From Vicugna vicugna (Eukaryota), in assembly GCA_013265495.1 (NCBI GenBank), contig MU061578.1, positions 1,435,308 to 1,499,307 on the forward strand: a DNA stretch of 64,000 nucleotides, given 5' to 3'. Shown piece by piece: positions 12,798 to 26,215 of the stretch. Position numbers and translations under genes: made by a program. The notes beneath the pieces were generated by a model, which saw nothing but the letters and a program-made list of their open reading frames with translations, was not told the origin of the DNA and did no database searches. Numbering within the stretch: position 1 is the first letter of the stretch; the number at the start of each line of letters is the position of its first letter.

Positions 12798-15067
12798 CTA
12801 GTGCAAAAAGTGAAAATGAAACTGGAAGCCTCCACTACAAGGTGCAAAATGCAAGCATCCCCCTGTGTTTCCTCATCATATTCAACTTCCTAGTTAAAAA
12901 TGTATCACATCCACCAGTTATGAATATCAAGCGCTAACAGAATGCATGAGATTAAAACATCAAGGTCTACAGATTCAAGAAATTGTCAGGGCAAGAAACT
13001 GGATTTTTTTTTTTTTCTATAAAACTGAATAACCTGTGAAAGTTCCATTATTCTGTCCTTTTTTTTCCCCCCTATTCTGATAGGAATTGCAAACAGACCT
13101 GCAAGGTCTAAAGTTGCCTCAGGGAAATGAATTACAAAATGGAATACAGAAGCCTTCCTAATAAAATCATTAAGAAAAATAAGTTGAGTGTACATGTCGC
13201 TGGAAACTGATCCTTCGTGTGTTTGTGTGTTTGTTTGTTCTCCACTCCCCGCCTCCGACTCCCCACCAGCTTGCCTCCTCGGGGACAGGTACATACCATT
13301 AACTTAAACACTCCCCAACAGACATAGGAGGAAAGTGACTTGCTCCTGCACTCACATACCTATCAATCACTATATCTTTTTTCTTATAGCAATGCCAGAG
13401 TATGTGTTAGAATTTCCTCTTTCCTTGGCAATTATTTACCATCAGTCCTAGGTCATATTACCATTTTTCTGAGAGTCAGGATAAAAGGAAGTATCTGGCA
13501 CATAGTACATAGTCCAGGGGACTGCTTACCATAAACCTGGCATTTTACTAAATTGAGAATGACATGCTCAACACAGAATCCCTACCCTCAGGCAGCTTTC
13601 AGATCAATATGCTATCATGAGAGAAGAATATTATTTCCTTCACTTTAATTACGATTGCATAAGAATCACAGAAAAAAAATCATTTCAACTTCAGGGACGA
13701 TTCCGGAACAATACGAAGACAGGTACAAATTTCCCCTTAAAAACTGATATTTGCTGAAACTGAAATGGACCCTATGCCGTGCTCATTTCACAAAGCTAGG
13801 AAGAAAAAAACAGAATGCAAGCCATTACTGGTCCCTGGTGCCAACCTGTTACAGTAACAAATTTAACTTCTAATTTGATTGCATCTATGCAGAAAGGTTT
13901 AGCGCCCTAGTGGCCCTCAGCCACAGGAAAGCACTGTCTCAAAAGACATGCATAGGTTTGTAACATTGTTGCCCTTGCAATAATTCAGGTATGTGGAAAT
14001 GGCATACTGATTTGTCACGGATAAAGAACTCTGCCCACCCAGAGAGGCTGCCAAGATTCCAAATTGCCCAGGAAACAGTGTAAACTCTGGATGTGATCTG
14101 GTCAAGCTCTGTGATTCTAGGGGATCTTCCATATGTTTTAATTCTATGAATTTTAAATTTCCTTCCTTTGCTTCTCCTTAGTGTATTCTCTCCTGTTCTT
14201 TTTTCTCCCTCCCTCCATTTCCTTCCTACTTAACATTTAGAGACCCATGCTCCAGGAAAGTAAAGTGTTGATTTCTTCTTCGTAACCCAGGAAAGAAATG
14301 TGTGGCTGTGATCAAACTTGGAATCAATAACCCTGTGCACACAATCCCTGATTAGCCATTTCTCTGTCACTCGCAGGAGGCTTAGAAAGAGGCTTGTTTA
14401 CCAGCCAAGTGAAGACTGTGGAGGCTTTTCAAATAGCTTTCCACAATCAGGGATTTTCATAAAGCACAGGGATTTCATCTCAGAGACTGACTGTGGTTCA
14501 TGCATTTGTTTTCATGGCTTCTTCCTCCCCTTACTGTTCCCTGTTTTGGGATTCACAGCTTTGAAAGCCTCCATTTGTGGTGCTGATGGCAGAAAACACA
14601 AGAACTCTATGGCTGAGACCCCAAATTTACTTCCTCTGAAATGACGGGACCAATAGTGGGAGGGGGCTGCCTGGGATTCAGAGATGACTGTCACCATCCT
14701 CCATCTTTTTTTTTTTTTTTTAGGTTAATTCAAGGAGATCGTTTGACATAATTGACTCTATGATATAATTGGTCTCATTTCATTTGTTTGATTAGTTTTC
14801 AATCCCATTACTCTTTTCTTTCATTTTTTGACAAAATATGATGTTAAAGATCCTGCCTTTACACCTTTTTAATCCCAACTTGATAGGTATTAATACTGTT
14901 AAGTGCATATAATATTATATTACATAATTATATTATATATTATATAAGACCATATTACTATATGTACTTTTAAGTACATTATATGTACTTCTACTTTTTA
15001 CATATATGGGGATTATAAAGATACATATTTATACTTTTTTTTTTTAAGATATGAAATCAGGCCACAT

Positions 15068-15290
15068 AGGGCTATGTTTTCCAATATGGTAATCACTACT
15101 CAATACTCAATGGGGTTATTTAGTTTTATATTAATTAAAATCAAATCAATAAAAAATTCAGGTCCTCAGTTTCACTAGCCACATTTAAAATGCTCAACAG
15201 CCATCCATGTGCGGCCCGCGGCTACCATATGGGAGAGCACAGACAGGGAACATTTCCATCCCGGCAGAAAGTTCTACTGGACTGCAGCTG
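15068..15290 (-). mobile_element. MER3-like hAT-Charlie element
   Basis: aaaaattcaggtcctcagtttcactagccacatt...gaacatttccatc...cagaaagttctactggac. Confidence 0.8.
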
Positions 15291-15930
15291 ATGCAGAGTA
15301 TTCCTAATCATCAATAAATTGGAATTGTGTTCTTCCCCCTTAAAAATAATATCTTGAACAGTCTTAGACTGACATGGGAGAAGCAAGACTATCACAATTT
15401 TACACTCAGTGGCAGAGATGAAAATTGGGTTGTAGATACTTCATTTGGTTCAAGAACATAACTTTTGAGGTCCTCGTTGTATGGACTGTGTGTGGTATCT
15501 CCCACAGAAGGCATGTGTTCAATTTGCTCTGCCTGGGGAGTCTATCAGGTTTGAGCTGTCCAGCCTTAATGACCACATTCTGATAATTTCCTTGGAAAGA
15601 CAGTATTTCAGTTGGGAAGAGATACAACAGACATGGTCAAAAAATAATCCCTCAAAAGCTTCCTCTCAAATTTAGACCAAAAAAAAAAAAAAAGGCCAAT
15701 CTGCATCACAGAGATTCTAGATTCTTTCAACTATCTTCCCAGACTGAAATTCTCTGTTCTAGTAACTTGGTATTTTGCCAAAAGCCCAATGCTGGGTGGT
15801 TTAGAGCTAGGAAATTAGCAAGAAATCCAAAAGCCAGATGAGCATTTACAGGTAGAAAAAGCAAAGTGTGATTATCTGATCTCCGGGGAGCTAATTATCG
15901 GTTCAGCTGAAGCTGGGAGGATCATGGGAG

Positions 15931-15994
15931 GTCGCACGTGCACGTACACACACACATGCACGGGCACACGCACACTCATGCAAGCACGTGTGCA
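15931..15994. repeat. Alternating purine-pyrimidine (CA/CG/TG) tract
   Basis: gtcgcacgtgcacgtacacacacacatgcacgggcacacgcacac...gcacgtgtgca. Confidence 0.8.
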
Positions 15995-16559
15995 GAACTG
16001 TTAGTCGGGGCCCGCTTCCAAAGACGCGGCGGGCTGCATTGCTGCATGAATAAATCATGTGCATGGCTCGCTGTTTGAGCGCCATCGATCGCTCCCCTGT
16101 CCTAGGGTCAGGCACTGTGTCCCCATAGCCTGGGCTGACCCACAGTTGTATATAAAATATGATATTGCAGACAGCTTCCCACCAGCCCGCTTGTACCCGG
16201 GAGGCTCTCCATCCATCCATCATTCTTCCTCCTTGGCCTGTGCCAGCACCACCCCCAGGCTGCAAACTTGGGGAAGTTAATAGGATTGAAAGGAAGACTG
16301 GCCCTCAGGAAACCCGAAGTCCGCGTCCCTGTAATCATGCAGCGCCTAACGGTTTTTCTAGAGTGTACTGAGCAGGAACTAATGGACCAGATCTAGTGGC
16401 TGAAGGGACTTCTAGTTTAAATTATTTTGATGCGCCTATGTGGACATGATACTCATTGCTCAGCGTGGGATTAACCTCTTCCACCACTGGCAAAGCACAC
16501 CAAAGTTCTGACAGGGAGGAGAGAGGATGGTAGTGACAGAGATGTGTCTTCTGCTGCCC

Positions 16560-16757
16560 CAAGGTTTCTCAGCCTTGGCACAATGGGAAATTCTTGGTTG
16601 GGGGTGGGGCGGTGGCAGTTACACTGAATATTATAGGATATTTGGCCTCTACCCATTAAATACAAATAAGCATATCTCCCCCCACCCATTGTGACAATCC
16701 AAATGTTGGGGGGAGAGAGGCAGAAGCCACAACTGTTCCTGGTTAAGAATTGCCGGC
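16560..16757 (-). mobile_element. MER20-like hAT-Charlie element
   Basis: ggtttctcagccttggcac...tggcctctacccatta...ttgtgacaatccaaatgt...ggttaagaa. Confidence 0.7.
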
Positions 16758-16837
16758 TTACACAGGGAAGGGCTTGTGCATTACAGCACGAGTCCGTGTC
16801 ATACCTAAGAAGCCAGCAGGTGAGACTTAAGCAGAGG

Positions 16838-17217
16838 TGTATGAGCTTGCTCCAGCTGCCATAACAAAGGACCACAGACTGGGCGGTTTGAAAAACAGAA
16901 ATATACTCTGGAGACCAAAAGTCTGAGAGCAAAGTACCAGCGGAGTTGGTCTGTCCTGAGGCCTCACTCACTGGCTTGTAGACGGTCATCTTCTCCCTGT
17001 GTCCCTACATGGTCTTCTCTCTGCGTGTGTCTGTATCCTAATCTCCTCTTCTGAAAAAGGGCACCCATCATATTAGATTGAGGACCGCCCCAATGACCTC
17101 ATTTGAATTTAATTACCTCTTTTAAAAAACGTATCTCCAAATATAACCACAGCCTGAAGTACCAGGAATCAGAGCTCTTCACACGAATTTGACGGAGACA
17201 CAACTCAGCCCACAACA
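16838..17217 (-). mobile_element. MLT1B-type MaLR solo LTR
   Basis: TG...CA termini, perfect 5-bp TSD agagg (16833-16837 / 17218-17222), characteristic ctgccataacaaaggaccacagactggg. Confidence 0.9.
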
Positions 17218-17514
17218 AGAGGCAAACCCCAGATCCAAAGACACGATTTCCTATGTCACTAATAGCTTTGCTGCTGCGTTATCTGCTGTGGATTCAGCCC
17301 TGTTATTCAGAATCAGAATCTCTCCAATACTCCTGTAAAAGAAGAGTGGCTTCCTCGACCGGGGAGACAAGGAGAAAGAACCGAGCACATGTTCAGCTCA
17401 GTCTTATCCTTTCTCGCATTTGCATCTCCCTCTCAGGCAGAGAGAGAACTTTCTGGTCTCTTCCCTGCTCCCAGGGAGGCTCTGGGGCCAGAGAGTCAGG
17501 ACTGTATGCTTGGA

Positions 17515-17660
17515 GGGCGATCCTACGGCTCAGCGATGCTGTTCTAGCACAAAATCACCAGAACCCACACAGGAATGAATGGGTGTGGCTATATTCCAGG
17601 AAGACTTTATTGCAGAGACAGACAGGTGGCATGGACCAAAATTTGCCAGCCTTGCTTTAG
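17515..17660 (+). mobile_element. MER58-like hAT-Charlie fragment
   Basis: gaatgaatgggtgtggctatattccaggaagactttattg...caggtggc...tttgccagccttg. Confidence 0.6.
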
Positions 17661-18339
17661 AACATTATATACATTGTTGGATTTGCATAATTTCAATTGA
17701 TCCCGGACTCAGTCAAATTTAAGTAAAATCAGGGGCAGCTGGAGAAGTGACACTCGCTGTCCTGTTAAGAAAAGCCCAAAAGCCCCCTCCTGTTTTTCTC
17801 ACCCAGAACTATGAGTGGGTATATACAAGAGCGTTTACAAAAACAACCATTTGAAAGGGCATTTAAACTAAACTTCTCTTTCCTGCTTCCTTTTTCTTTT
17901 GACTGACCACTTTGCCTCCAGCTCTGGTTTCTAATTTCTTTCCTCATTAAAAGTCCCGTCAACTTTCCCAAGAATAAAGTTGTTCCTTTAAAAATACCCA
18001 CCTCATAAAAGCCCTGTGCCCAGGAGGCATAAGATAAATAAGAATGGTTCATGAAATCCCCTGCCAAACAACAGACTTATGAGAAATAAACCTGAACTCT
18101 GATTTCAAGTCAGTCCAAACAAATCATCTTCAAACTTGAGGTGAGTGTCCTTAGAATGTGCTTTGTAGACTCACCCCTGGGCAAACTCTCCGCATAGCTA
18201 CAGGTGCGTTTAGAACACATCTCATTCCTTTGTTATGTCCATACACAGTTCGTCAGCAAAGATCAGGCCACGTGAGGGGGTCCTATTTCAGCAGGGAACA
18301 CTAGCAGAGAGGGATACAGAATACCCCCGTTACTACCAG

Positions 18340-18960
18340 TTAGAACCAACCGTCCCAAACTGGGGATGCCACTGGAAATTCTTGCTTATGCACAAGGATG
18401 CTGCTGTAGTACTGTTACCAATAAGCAAAAATCTTTACACAGAGCAACAGCCCGGTGTTCATTAATAGAGGGTAGGTAACCTAGAGATACACATGAATAC
18501 TATGGAACGCTGGGTTGTTGCTAAAAAGAATGTTGTAGATGGATGTGTACAATATGGAAAATATGACATACTGTTAAATGGAAAAAAGCAAATAAAATAT
18601 ATGTATGCATATATACATATGTGTGCATGTATATGTACATATATATTATGCATATACAATATATCTCTATAAATGTACTATAGAGAGGTCGTATTTAAGC
18701 AAAATTGTACACATGTTTGAATATATTTATTCAATAAGTATATATGAATACATTTATTCATCTATCTTTTTTTCTCAGATACACCCATTATTTCTAAATA
18801 TTTTTGCCAATGTGTAGAAAATGGGCACAATTTACAGTCGTTTCCTCTGGGAAGTACATTGTGTGGATTGGGGTGGGAATTTCATCTTTCAACTGACTCT
18901 ATGTACTCTTATGTTTGATTTTCTTGGAAAAAATACATTTGTATTTTTAAAGGGAAAAAG
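18340..18960 (+). mobile_element. L1ME-type 3' end with TA-rich expansion
   Basis: gcacaaggatg...acatgaatactatggaacgc...catactgttaaatggaaaaaagcaa; TA/TG low complexity at 18595-18760. Confidence 0.6.
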
Positions 18961-19829
18961 AAATAAACTGTCCCCCGCCCCGAGGAGAAAAAAACTTCAA
19001 AAATGCTCTTAAATAACATTCTTGTTTTAAAAATTACAAATACTTCTTGTTTAAAAAAAAAAAAAGAGTGAAGCCATCATTTTCCCTAACTCTACAATCC
19101 CACTCAGGACTCCAGAGGTACCTGCTGCTAACAGTTCAGTGTGGATCCTGAAGGACCTGCTTTTAATTAAATCGGAAGGGATGCTCCCTGGGAAAGAAAG
19201 ACCAACTTCTTGAAGTTGCAGATGGACTCCGTCCTAAGAAGTCCTGGCCCTGTAGCAGAGAGGGGAGGGCGGGTAGCAGTCCTGGGTTCCAAGTGCCCCC
19301 CAAGCTGGGTCAGGAGGACGGTGCATCTTCAGATCTCATGGAAGATGGCTTAACCCCAGGCTGAGCTGGTTCCCCGTACTTGAGTGAACTAAGTTGCTTA
19401 GGGACGCTGACAGGGAAAAGACTATTATGAGCCACCATGAAACACGCAGGCGACCTCTCATACTCCAAGCCTTTGAATTGTGGCTGGCCACGGTGAGGTA
19501 TGTTTCAGGCAAAGATAAGTTAATGGGAAATGTGTTAACAGTTCCCCATACGGCTAATTTGGAACCCCAGAGCCGACACAGGACAGAGCCTGAAGCACTG
19601 CAGGAGCTGGACTCCCAGCCTGAAACTGTGCCCAGGGTTTGAGAAGCACACATATTTATTTCACATAAAAGACAAAATCCCTGGGGGTGGTGACGCAGGG
19701 GGGTTAATTTAGCAATGATCACTGTGCCAGGAGACAGAAATGGTTCAGAAACGGTGCCCCACCCCCAGAAGGAAGACCAGGGATAAGGAGAGGAGATGGA
19801 AACACAAAAACACATCTGTGCGTGGACAT

Positions 19830-19860
19830 ACACACACACACACACACACACACTCACACA
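19830..19860. repeat. (CA)n microsatellite
   Basis: Directly visible CA run. Confidence 0.95.
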
Positions 19861-20964
19861 AGCTAGTTCACAATCATACGCTTCCTCCATGGTCAGTCCT
19901 CTCATAAGACTGAAATGAAGCAAGTTTGGGGAATAACTTGAAAATAATGGGCTTCCTTTCCTGAAACTCTGAGTTTACTTCTCATGCTCGATCTCAGCAG
20001 ATCCTGAGTGGCATCTGCACTGTTTCAAAAACACCTTCACTTGGCTTATCTTACTCAGAGTCTAAATCTTAGCCCAAACTTAATTTTGATCATTGATGGG
20101 ATTATAACATCTTCAATCAATGCAAGATAGAAAAGTAACACACTTAGCTGGCAGATTCACACGTCTGGTTAAATATCCAAGGAAGAAATTCCATTAACCC
20201 CCTCACAATATAATTTTCCACTTGCCATACTCCTGACTGTCTAGTTCTCTGTCATAATTTCTCGGGCATCAGTACTGTAGGATTTGAGAAATTTGTATTT
20301 TCAGATGCTGAACTGCTTTATCATTGCATTCATCAGAAATTTTTTCTTTGTGTTTGTTTCAAACAAAACATCAATTCAAACTAATATCTTGAATTCCTTG
20401 AGTGAAAAAATCTAAAGATCACTCTGGATTTTGGCCGAGCTAGTTTCAGGGGCTTGGCAATCAGTCTTACCGGGCTTTTCTATAGCAATGGCCCCGTTCT
20501 CAGTGATGCACAGAAAGAACCAACACTCCCGTCCCAACATGCTCAGGTACCAACGGGGTCAACAACTGTTATGAGACTGTCTCTTTGTCTGGATGTGGGT
20601 CACACGCTCATCTCCTGGCTAATCCCCACAGGATGGGAGATAGAGCTTTTCTTACTGGCTGGAATTAGGTTATTACACACCCACCTCCAGAGCCAGATAA
20701 GGAGTTGGCTCCCTGTAAGCATGGGGAGGTAGGTGATGGGAGAGGTGGTTCTCCAGAGAGAATGGCAGCATGCAGCCAGAGGAAGAAGAAATGGATGCTG
20801 GAAAAGGCGAAAACAACGGTGCTTCGTAAAAAGCCACTGCAAGCAGAACTGATCCACGCTCACCGAGTCAATAACTAAAGCCCTTCGTGAAGACCGTTGC
20901 TGGCGTGAATGACAGTTGTGAGTTCTGCTGAAACACCAGCAGGACATTCAAAAGAGGCTGGAGG

Positions 20965-21172
20965 GCTGTGCCGTCCAAGACGATAGCGACTAGCCACGTG
21001 TGGCTATTTAAATTTTAACTCATTGGAATCAGATAAAATTTAAAATTTAGTTCCTCAGTAGAAGCAGCTTGGGGTCAAATGCTCAGCAGTTGTGTGTGGT
21101 TAGTGAGTATCTTACTGGGCATTGAAGATGCAGTGCATCTCCATCACTGCAGAAAGCTCTACTGGATTAGAG
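20965..21172 (-). mobile_element. MER3-like hAT-Charlie element
   Basis: gactagccacgtgtggctatttaaatt...ttagttcctcagt...ccatcactgcagaaagctctactgga. Confidence 0.8.
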
Positions 21173-21679
21173 TTCCACTCCCTGCTAAAAAATTAAAAAC
21201 ACAGAGAAGGCCATTTGACTGTGCTAGGAAGGACCAAGTGACCTTGAAAAGGCCCCATAATCTACAGAGACTATAATTTGCTATGGTGCAAAAACAAACA
21301 AACAAACAAACAGACAAACAAATGCTCAAGTGGGAAAAGTTACGCTTCTCTCTGAATATTAAAAAAAATGAAATAAAAAGGAAGAAGTCTTTCTTTTCTC
21401 CATCAGAAAAAGACAGAGAACATATATAAAAGCAAAGGCAATGAAAGGAAAACTAAATCAAATGTTAGTTGCACTGAAAGGCTCCTATTTCTTCCTATTT
21501 TTCTTCTCCCTATCTGAAACTTTGCAATAATGAGAAATAGTTACGTGTAGACTTCTGACAGGTACTACTTGCTCTATATTTTACCTCCAATGGGGGATAG
21601 AATGAATTTTCTTGTGTGCAGAGTTGACTGGAAGTATATATGATGTTTGGGACAAAATCCAGACCCTTGGCGTACGGCA

Positions 21680-22085
21680 TTCCTGAGTGGTCTGGTCTCT
21701 AATTGTCCCTCTGACACTCAGCCTCTCCTCCCCACTGACACCACGGGCTTAATTCAGAGCTTCCGTATCTTTCACTTGCTGTGCCATCAGCCTAGAACAT
21801 GCTTCTTAGACTCTTCCGTACACTCGGGATCTCCGCTTAAACTTCAGACCACCAGAAAACATTTTCTGATCACTTTTCCCCACACACCCATTACTGTTCT
21901 GCATCACAACATCCTATCTATTTATCCATGATACTTACCATCTCTGTTTTGTTTTATTCTCTGTTCCCGGGATAGCCAAGCAGAATTGAAATTCCCTGGG
22001 GGTGGGGACCATGTCTCTCTTATTTCCTGTGGTTGCCCCAGAGCTGAGTGGGCATTCAACCCATATATGTGGGATGAACGAGAGA
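21680..22085 (+). mobile_element. L2 3' end
   Basis: ggtggggaccatgtctctctt...ccccagagctgagtgggcattcaacccatatatgtgggatgaa. Confidence 0.6.
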
Positions 22086-23309
22086 GAGGACAGAGAAAAG
22101 AGAGTCGGAGTAAAGACTGCAGGACTGCGCTCACCAAGCTCTGGCCTGCCTTACCTGTTGGGAACAGAACTAAGAAATGGGCCACCAGGTGTTGCCTGAT
22201 GCCATCGCCACTAGGAAATAAAGGACTCAGAGAAAGTATTTTAGGTTTTCCCTCCAGGATGGGCCATTTCCCAAAGTGCTGTGCTGGATCACTGGTGCAC
22301 AGCCAGGACAGAAGGAGGTGCACTCAAATGCTTTTGTGTCCTGCTCAGTGTGTACTCTAGTTCTCATTAGAAGAATAAGATGGAGAGTTAAGATGATCAC
22401 ATGGGAGATTTTAGGGCATCCAGAGCCTAAATTGACTAAGGATCACTCCCCTTCCCCTCTCCAGATGTGAAGGCTGGGAGGCAGGGGAAATGCACAGATA
22501 TTGAGGATCACATTAGGAGTGATTCATGAGGTGTATCACCCATCACAGCATCCAGACAGCATTAACATCCTGCTACCTCATTCTCCTGGTGGCCACTGTA
22601 AAGAAGCTTACTGATTCATCTTTGTTCAGATCGTGCTAATATTTGGAACCACGGGATATATCCAAACACTTAGCTCACGTTCTTGAACACAGCAGACACT
22701 CAAATACACAAATTAAACGTGTGAATTTCAGATCTTTGAAAATGGCAGCCAAAGATAATTTGCTATTCTCACACACTTCAGGGTACACATATTGACACAT
22801 TTAATATTTGTTTGCAATCTGTCAGGTGTCTGGGGAATGATAAAGGTCCTATCAAGCTAACATGGGCAAATATTTCCGATGAAAGAAAAAGATCCTAAAA
22901 CAGAACTGAAACTCTGATGGGAAACTGAACGGAAAATGGTGTATGTGATTCGTGAGACACTGGGGAAGAAACTGGTTCTTGATACTGGCCCCCTACAATT
23001 CATTTATCAAGAAAGTTAGTCCAGGCTAAGCCCATTTCTTCTTCTATAGGAGAAGTCAGAAATCACGTGACTGCCCTAGTGCTCATGAAATCTCCAGGAA
23101 TCGGAGAGAAGCCTGGGGGTGAGGGGAAGAGACTGTCTGCTGGTTGAATGGCCGTGCCAAAGAGCTTTGATTAAACGCCTTGAACTCCACCAGGAGGGTG
23201 ATCGCTGGTGATGAGCTATAGGTCTTCACCCCCGACCCCAACCAGATCAATGGTTTTACCAATGCCTGTGTGTCTCACTAAAAAGAGCCAATTGTGATAA
23301 ACCATCTAT

Positions 23310-23910
23310 TGATGAATTCATTGCTTCAACTAATAGCTATTGAACATGTTCCATGGGCTATACATTGAGCTGAGGGTCTCAGGTTAACAAAGATAAATAG
23401 GACAGTTTCTGCCCTAAAGAAGCCCAATTTAGGGGTGAAGAAGTGATCTGACATTTCTATAAGCCCTCAGAATACAGTCCCAATCTATTTCAGGGCCTTG
23501 ATAAATACCTAGAGAAGGAATGTGGAATCGTTCAGCTGACATCTTTCTACTGCACATCGGTGTGCACCGAAGAACGTCCTTTCCTCTCCTCCTCCACCTT
23601 CCTGCAGAGAACTACTACATGCCCTTCAGCTGCCAGCCTGGAAGCCAGCTTTTTCAGAAAACCTTTTTTGGACTCACTGCACACCCATCCCTGGCAAGGA
23701 GGTGCCCCCTTCTCTCTATTTCCTCGGCAGCTATGATCCTGGTAACACTTGATTTTATTTTGCAATGGCTTCCTGACTTTCCTGTCTCCCTGACTAGTCT
23801 CCATACTCCTTGGGGTCAGAGTCTGTGTCTCACTGATATTGCATCTCTTAAATTCAACCTATGTGGCCAAACACAGAGACCCAAAACATATTTAATATCA
23901 AGTTTGATGG
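23310..23910. mobile_element. L2 fragments (minus ~23310-23450, plus ~23480-23910)
   Basis: ttcattgcttcaactaatagctattgaac...agataaataggacagtttctgccct; cctgtctccctgactag...ctccttggggtcagagtctgtgtc. Confidence 0.55.
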
Positions 23911-24369
23911 AGTTCTGGCACTGGGACTGAAGCTTGATGAGATGACTTTTATAGTTTCTTCCGTCTCTTAAGATTTTTGGAAGGGAATTAAATATGGTAG
24001 CCTAGGATTTCAACCCTTAAACAACATGATGGCTAGAGCAGAGTTTGTAAAGAGGTCATACTGGTCAATCAAGAGAACTAATCCAAAAATCCAAACCTTT
24101 GGTTTTATTCTTACGGGCAAGTGACTTGTAATTCCATTGTCCGTGGCATTCTGTTCAATTAAGTACTATTTACCAAAACTTAGCCCCTAATTGCATTAGT
24201 AAGGCTGGCTATACATTTGGGATAAAAAATAAAACCCAACATGAACATATTGCTGGTTTTCTGAGGGCTAAAGTTCAGGGTTCAGACTAGAAGTCGTGAT
24301 TTCACACAATAGTAAAAGTATAACCCATCCCTTACTGCTAGGTTCTTTGTAAATTTTCTTTAAGTATTA

Positions 24370-24560
24370 CTTTACCTAATTCTAACCACAACCCTATGCA
24401 TTTTTATTTATTGTTACCCACATTTTTTACAGCAGAGAAAACAGAAGCACCAGAAAGGCAAGCTATTCCTCCAAGGTAGGTCGCCTAGCAGGAGATAAGA
24501 TCCAGGTTTGGACCTCAGGCTCTGAAGTCCTCCTTTCAGCCTCTACCCTAAGCTGCATCT
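24370..24560 (-). mobile_element. MIR
   Basis: ccacattttttacagcagagaaaacagaagcaccagaaagg...tccaagg...tttggacctcagg. Confidence 0.65.
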
Positions 24561-25817
24561 TAGCATTTGTAGCTTTGCAGAACCTGAGGGGGAGATGAGA
24601 TGGGCGGAGTGAGTGGGCTGTGGCTGGAAAAAAGTCAGAGATGAATGACCTTCAGCCTAGAGGGTGGGATGAGATGGGATGGGAGTGGCGAAGAAGGGGC
24701 CCACTGATAAGAAGAGATGGCACCACTCTGAGTCATTAGCATATGGATAGTATAATAGTAAGAAAAAAAGATGAAAACAATTACCTTAAGAATGTATCCA
24801 AAAACTAAACACTGTTTAGCATAAGAGAGGCAAATGCTAAATTCTCGAAGCCTACTATAGAATATTTCCTTCAGCATATATCAAAGATCTTTTCTGACAC
24901 AAATGTCTTAACCGAATACTCCAGGGTCAGATCTCTGAATCACTTAGCTCTTGGGACAGACTAAATAGATTAATTTTTTCCCTAACTACCTGGGCCTCAA
25001 ACTAATTGCTTTTTTGCCTCCTTTACTTTTAAAATAAAGTGCAGATCCACCACTGATGATCTGAGGGAAGTCATCATGATGAATATTTTCAAGGTATTGT
25101 CAGCCGTGATTGTGCTGATTGTTAATAACAGCTCCCAACTAATCAATAGATAATTTAATTTGAAAATGTGAAGGTGAAACTTTAATGCTGTTTGGTATTT
25201 CCTTATTAATTGGAAAGACGGCAAGTCAGCTTTTAGGCAGGGAGCTAGGCAGACATAGCCATTAAAAGCAGATCTTGAAGGGTGGTGTGGCTTAAGGCAG
25301 GATTGCTCCCAAGGACCATTTACCGTGGGCATGGTCTCCAGCGGGAATCTGCCATCTTCCTCCATGCAGTGACAAAGGTCACCTCGGCACCATGTGCCAA
25401 GGCTGTGACTTGCTCTAAACGCCCCCACCTCCAATGACTTTATTCCACAACACAAACCCTGCAAAGGAAAAGAGGGTTTTGATCTCTTTGAATGCCTGAT
25501 CTTATTTGGTTTTACCCAAATCAGTCAATAAGGCCATGGTTGTAAGGCCAGTGGAGAAATGTACTGAATGCTAAGTTGTCCAGGAGACTAAATAACTAAC
25601 CCTTCCTTCTAAATCCCTTTACTACCAGACTTGCATGTTCTGTCTAGTCCAGGATAACTGCTGTTCTCAGTGTTTTTTTTTTAAGGATTTATTTTAAATA
25701 CATACATTTCCTTGATATCAAAATATCACAGGTTATAATTGTAAGAGTCAAAAGATAGGTAATTTGTCAAAGTGATCCATTTGGCTTAAAAAAAAAAAAA
25801 AGATTAAAATGACCCTG

Positions 25818-26215
25818 AAGGCAAAACTATGGAGATGGTAAAAAGATCAGTGGGTGCCAAAGGGTGGGGAATGGGGGAGGGAGGGAGAGATGAATGGGCA
25901 GAACACAGGATTTTTAGGGCAGTGAAGATACTCTGCCATACTATCATTATGGACATATACCATTATATATTTTTTTCTAGCCCACAGAATGTTCATCAAG
26001 AAAGAATCCTAATGTAAACTGTGGGCTTGGGTGACTATGTTATCAATGTGGGTTCCTCAATTGCAGGAAATATACTGCTCTGGTGGGGATATTAATAACG
26101 GGGGTGACTATGCCCATGTTTAGGGAGAGCCTAAACTGTCCTTTTAATTTTGCTGTGAAACTAAAACTGCAAATGCAGCTTAAAATGCAAAACAAATGAA
26201 AGTCTTTTAAAAAAA
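25818..26215 (+). mobile_element. L1MC-type 3' end
   Basis: aaggcaaaactatggagatggtaaaaagatcagtgg...atttttagggcagtgaa...cctaatgtaaact...attttgctgtgaaactaaaactgc. Confidence 0.8.

Noticed and set aside
19336..19923. 195-aa minus-strand ORF
   Set aside because: Runs through a (TG)n microsatellite (CVCVCV); no domain similarity.
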